A DNA stretch of 64,000 nt from Antedon mediterranea (taxonomy: Eukaryota; Animalia; Echinodermata): the NCBI RefSeq assembly GCF_964355755.1, contig NC_092675.1:27686912-27750911 (forward strand). Reading direction: 5' to 3'. The notes under the pieces are model-generated. The model was given only the letters and a program-made list of their open reading frames with translations, was not told the origin of the DNA and did not search any database. A program made the position numbers and the translations under genes. Below are positions 63,463 to 64,000 of the stretch, one piece after another; position 1 is the stretch's first letter; every line of letters starts with the position of its first letter.

Positions 63463-63641
63463 TCACTTGCACTGATGTGAAGGGCAGTGTTGCCCGAAAG
63501 CTCTGCTAACTTTTCTGACTGTTTACTTTATCGTTTTGATTTAGCTTTTCGCTTTTTTTTTATATCTCCATCATTGAGATCCAGCCACTGATACCCACAG
63601 CATTGTCATTTTTTTCAGTAATTTGCCTTTGGATTTATATA
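63463..63641 (+). mobile_element. Hammerhead-containing repeat, copy with disrupted core
   Basis: CTGATGTGAA (2-nt insertion in the core) - GGGCA-GTGT-TGCCC-GAAA-GCTC-TGCTAAC, followed by the family body. Confidence 0.75.
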
Positions 63642-63644
63642 AGC

Positions 63645-64000
63645 AGACGGTCCGAGTTCGAATCTCGGTTGGGGCGACTTTTTCTCATTCTCCCAGATTT
63701 CCTCATCTTTATCGTTTCAAAAATTAATTAAAAATTTTCAGTGTATCACCGGGCGGTTTGGAATTTATTTCTATGCCTGTTGTGTTTATATATATATAAA
63801 AGTATCTCTCGAGATCCCGCTTAGTGAATAAATATACTGAATTATAGATGAGGGCGTATCAATTTGATCTCTGGTGCGCGTGCGTACAACTGAGGACTAG
63901 TTGTGTTCCAACCGTACCACGCCGAGAATGTTAAAGGGTCGTTATACGATCGAGTTAAAAGAACAATACCATGAAAGCCCCAGTGGTCTAATGGTTAGGG
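63645..64000 (+). mobile_element. tRNA-derived SINE-like units in apparent tandem (runs off the window end)
   Basis: B-box AGTTCGAATC and body match 8075-8180; a new head AATACCATGAAAGCCCCAGTGGTCTAATGG starts at about 63964. Confidence 0.6.

Overview
AT-rich eukaryotic genomic DNA from an invertebrate animal, probably a deuterostome (echinoderm-like; this is inferred). It holds two spliced, convergent protein-coding genes. The first is a CYP4V-like cytochrome P450 on + (9 coding exons at 1562-14363; the first exon lies upstream of the window). The second is a complete 3-exon Dickkopf Dkk1/2/4 gene on - (33710-25174, 281 aa) with a clean TATA/Inr promoter, followed by about 30 kb of upstream DNA with no recognisable coding sequence. 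The non-coding DNA is dense in small mobile elements: Harbinger-, Kolobok- and hAT-type MITEs, tRNA-derived SINE-like units, LINE fragments and mini/microsatellites. Three signals stand out: (1) a (TA)n-associated repeat family carrying a minimal hammerhead-ribozyme motif, one locus having a retrozyme/Penelope-like tandem layout that begins at the predicted cleavage site; (2) at least 46 copies of the palindrome TAGGCCTA, which three paired repeat comparisons show as TA->TAGGCCTA insertions (probable transposon footprints); (3) a 109-bp-arm, near-perfect hairpin between (TA)n tracts in Dkk intron 1. All coordinates and counts were made by eye.
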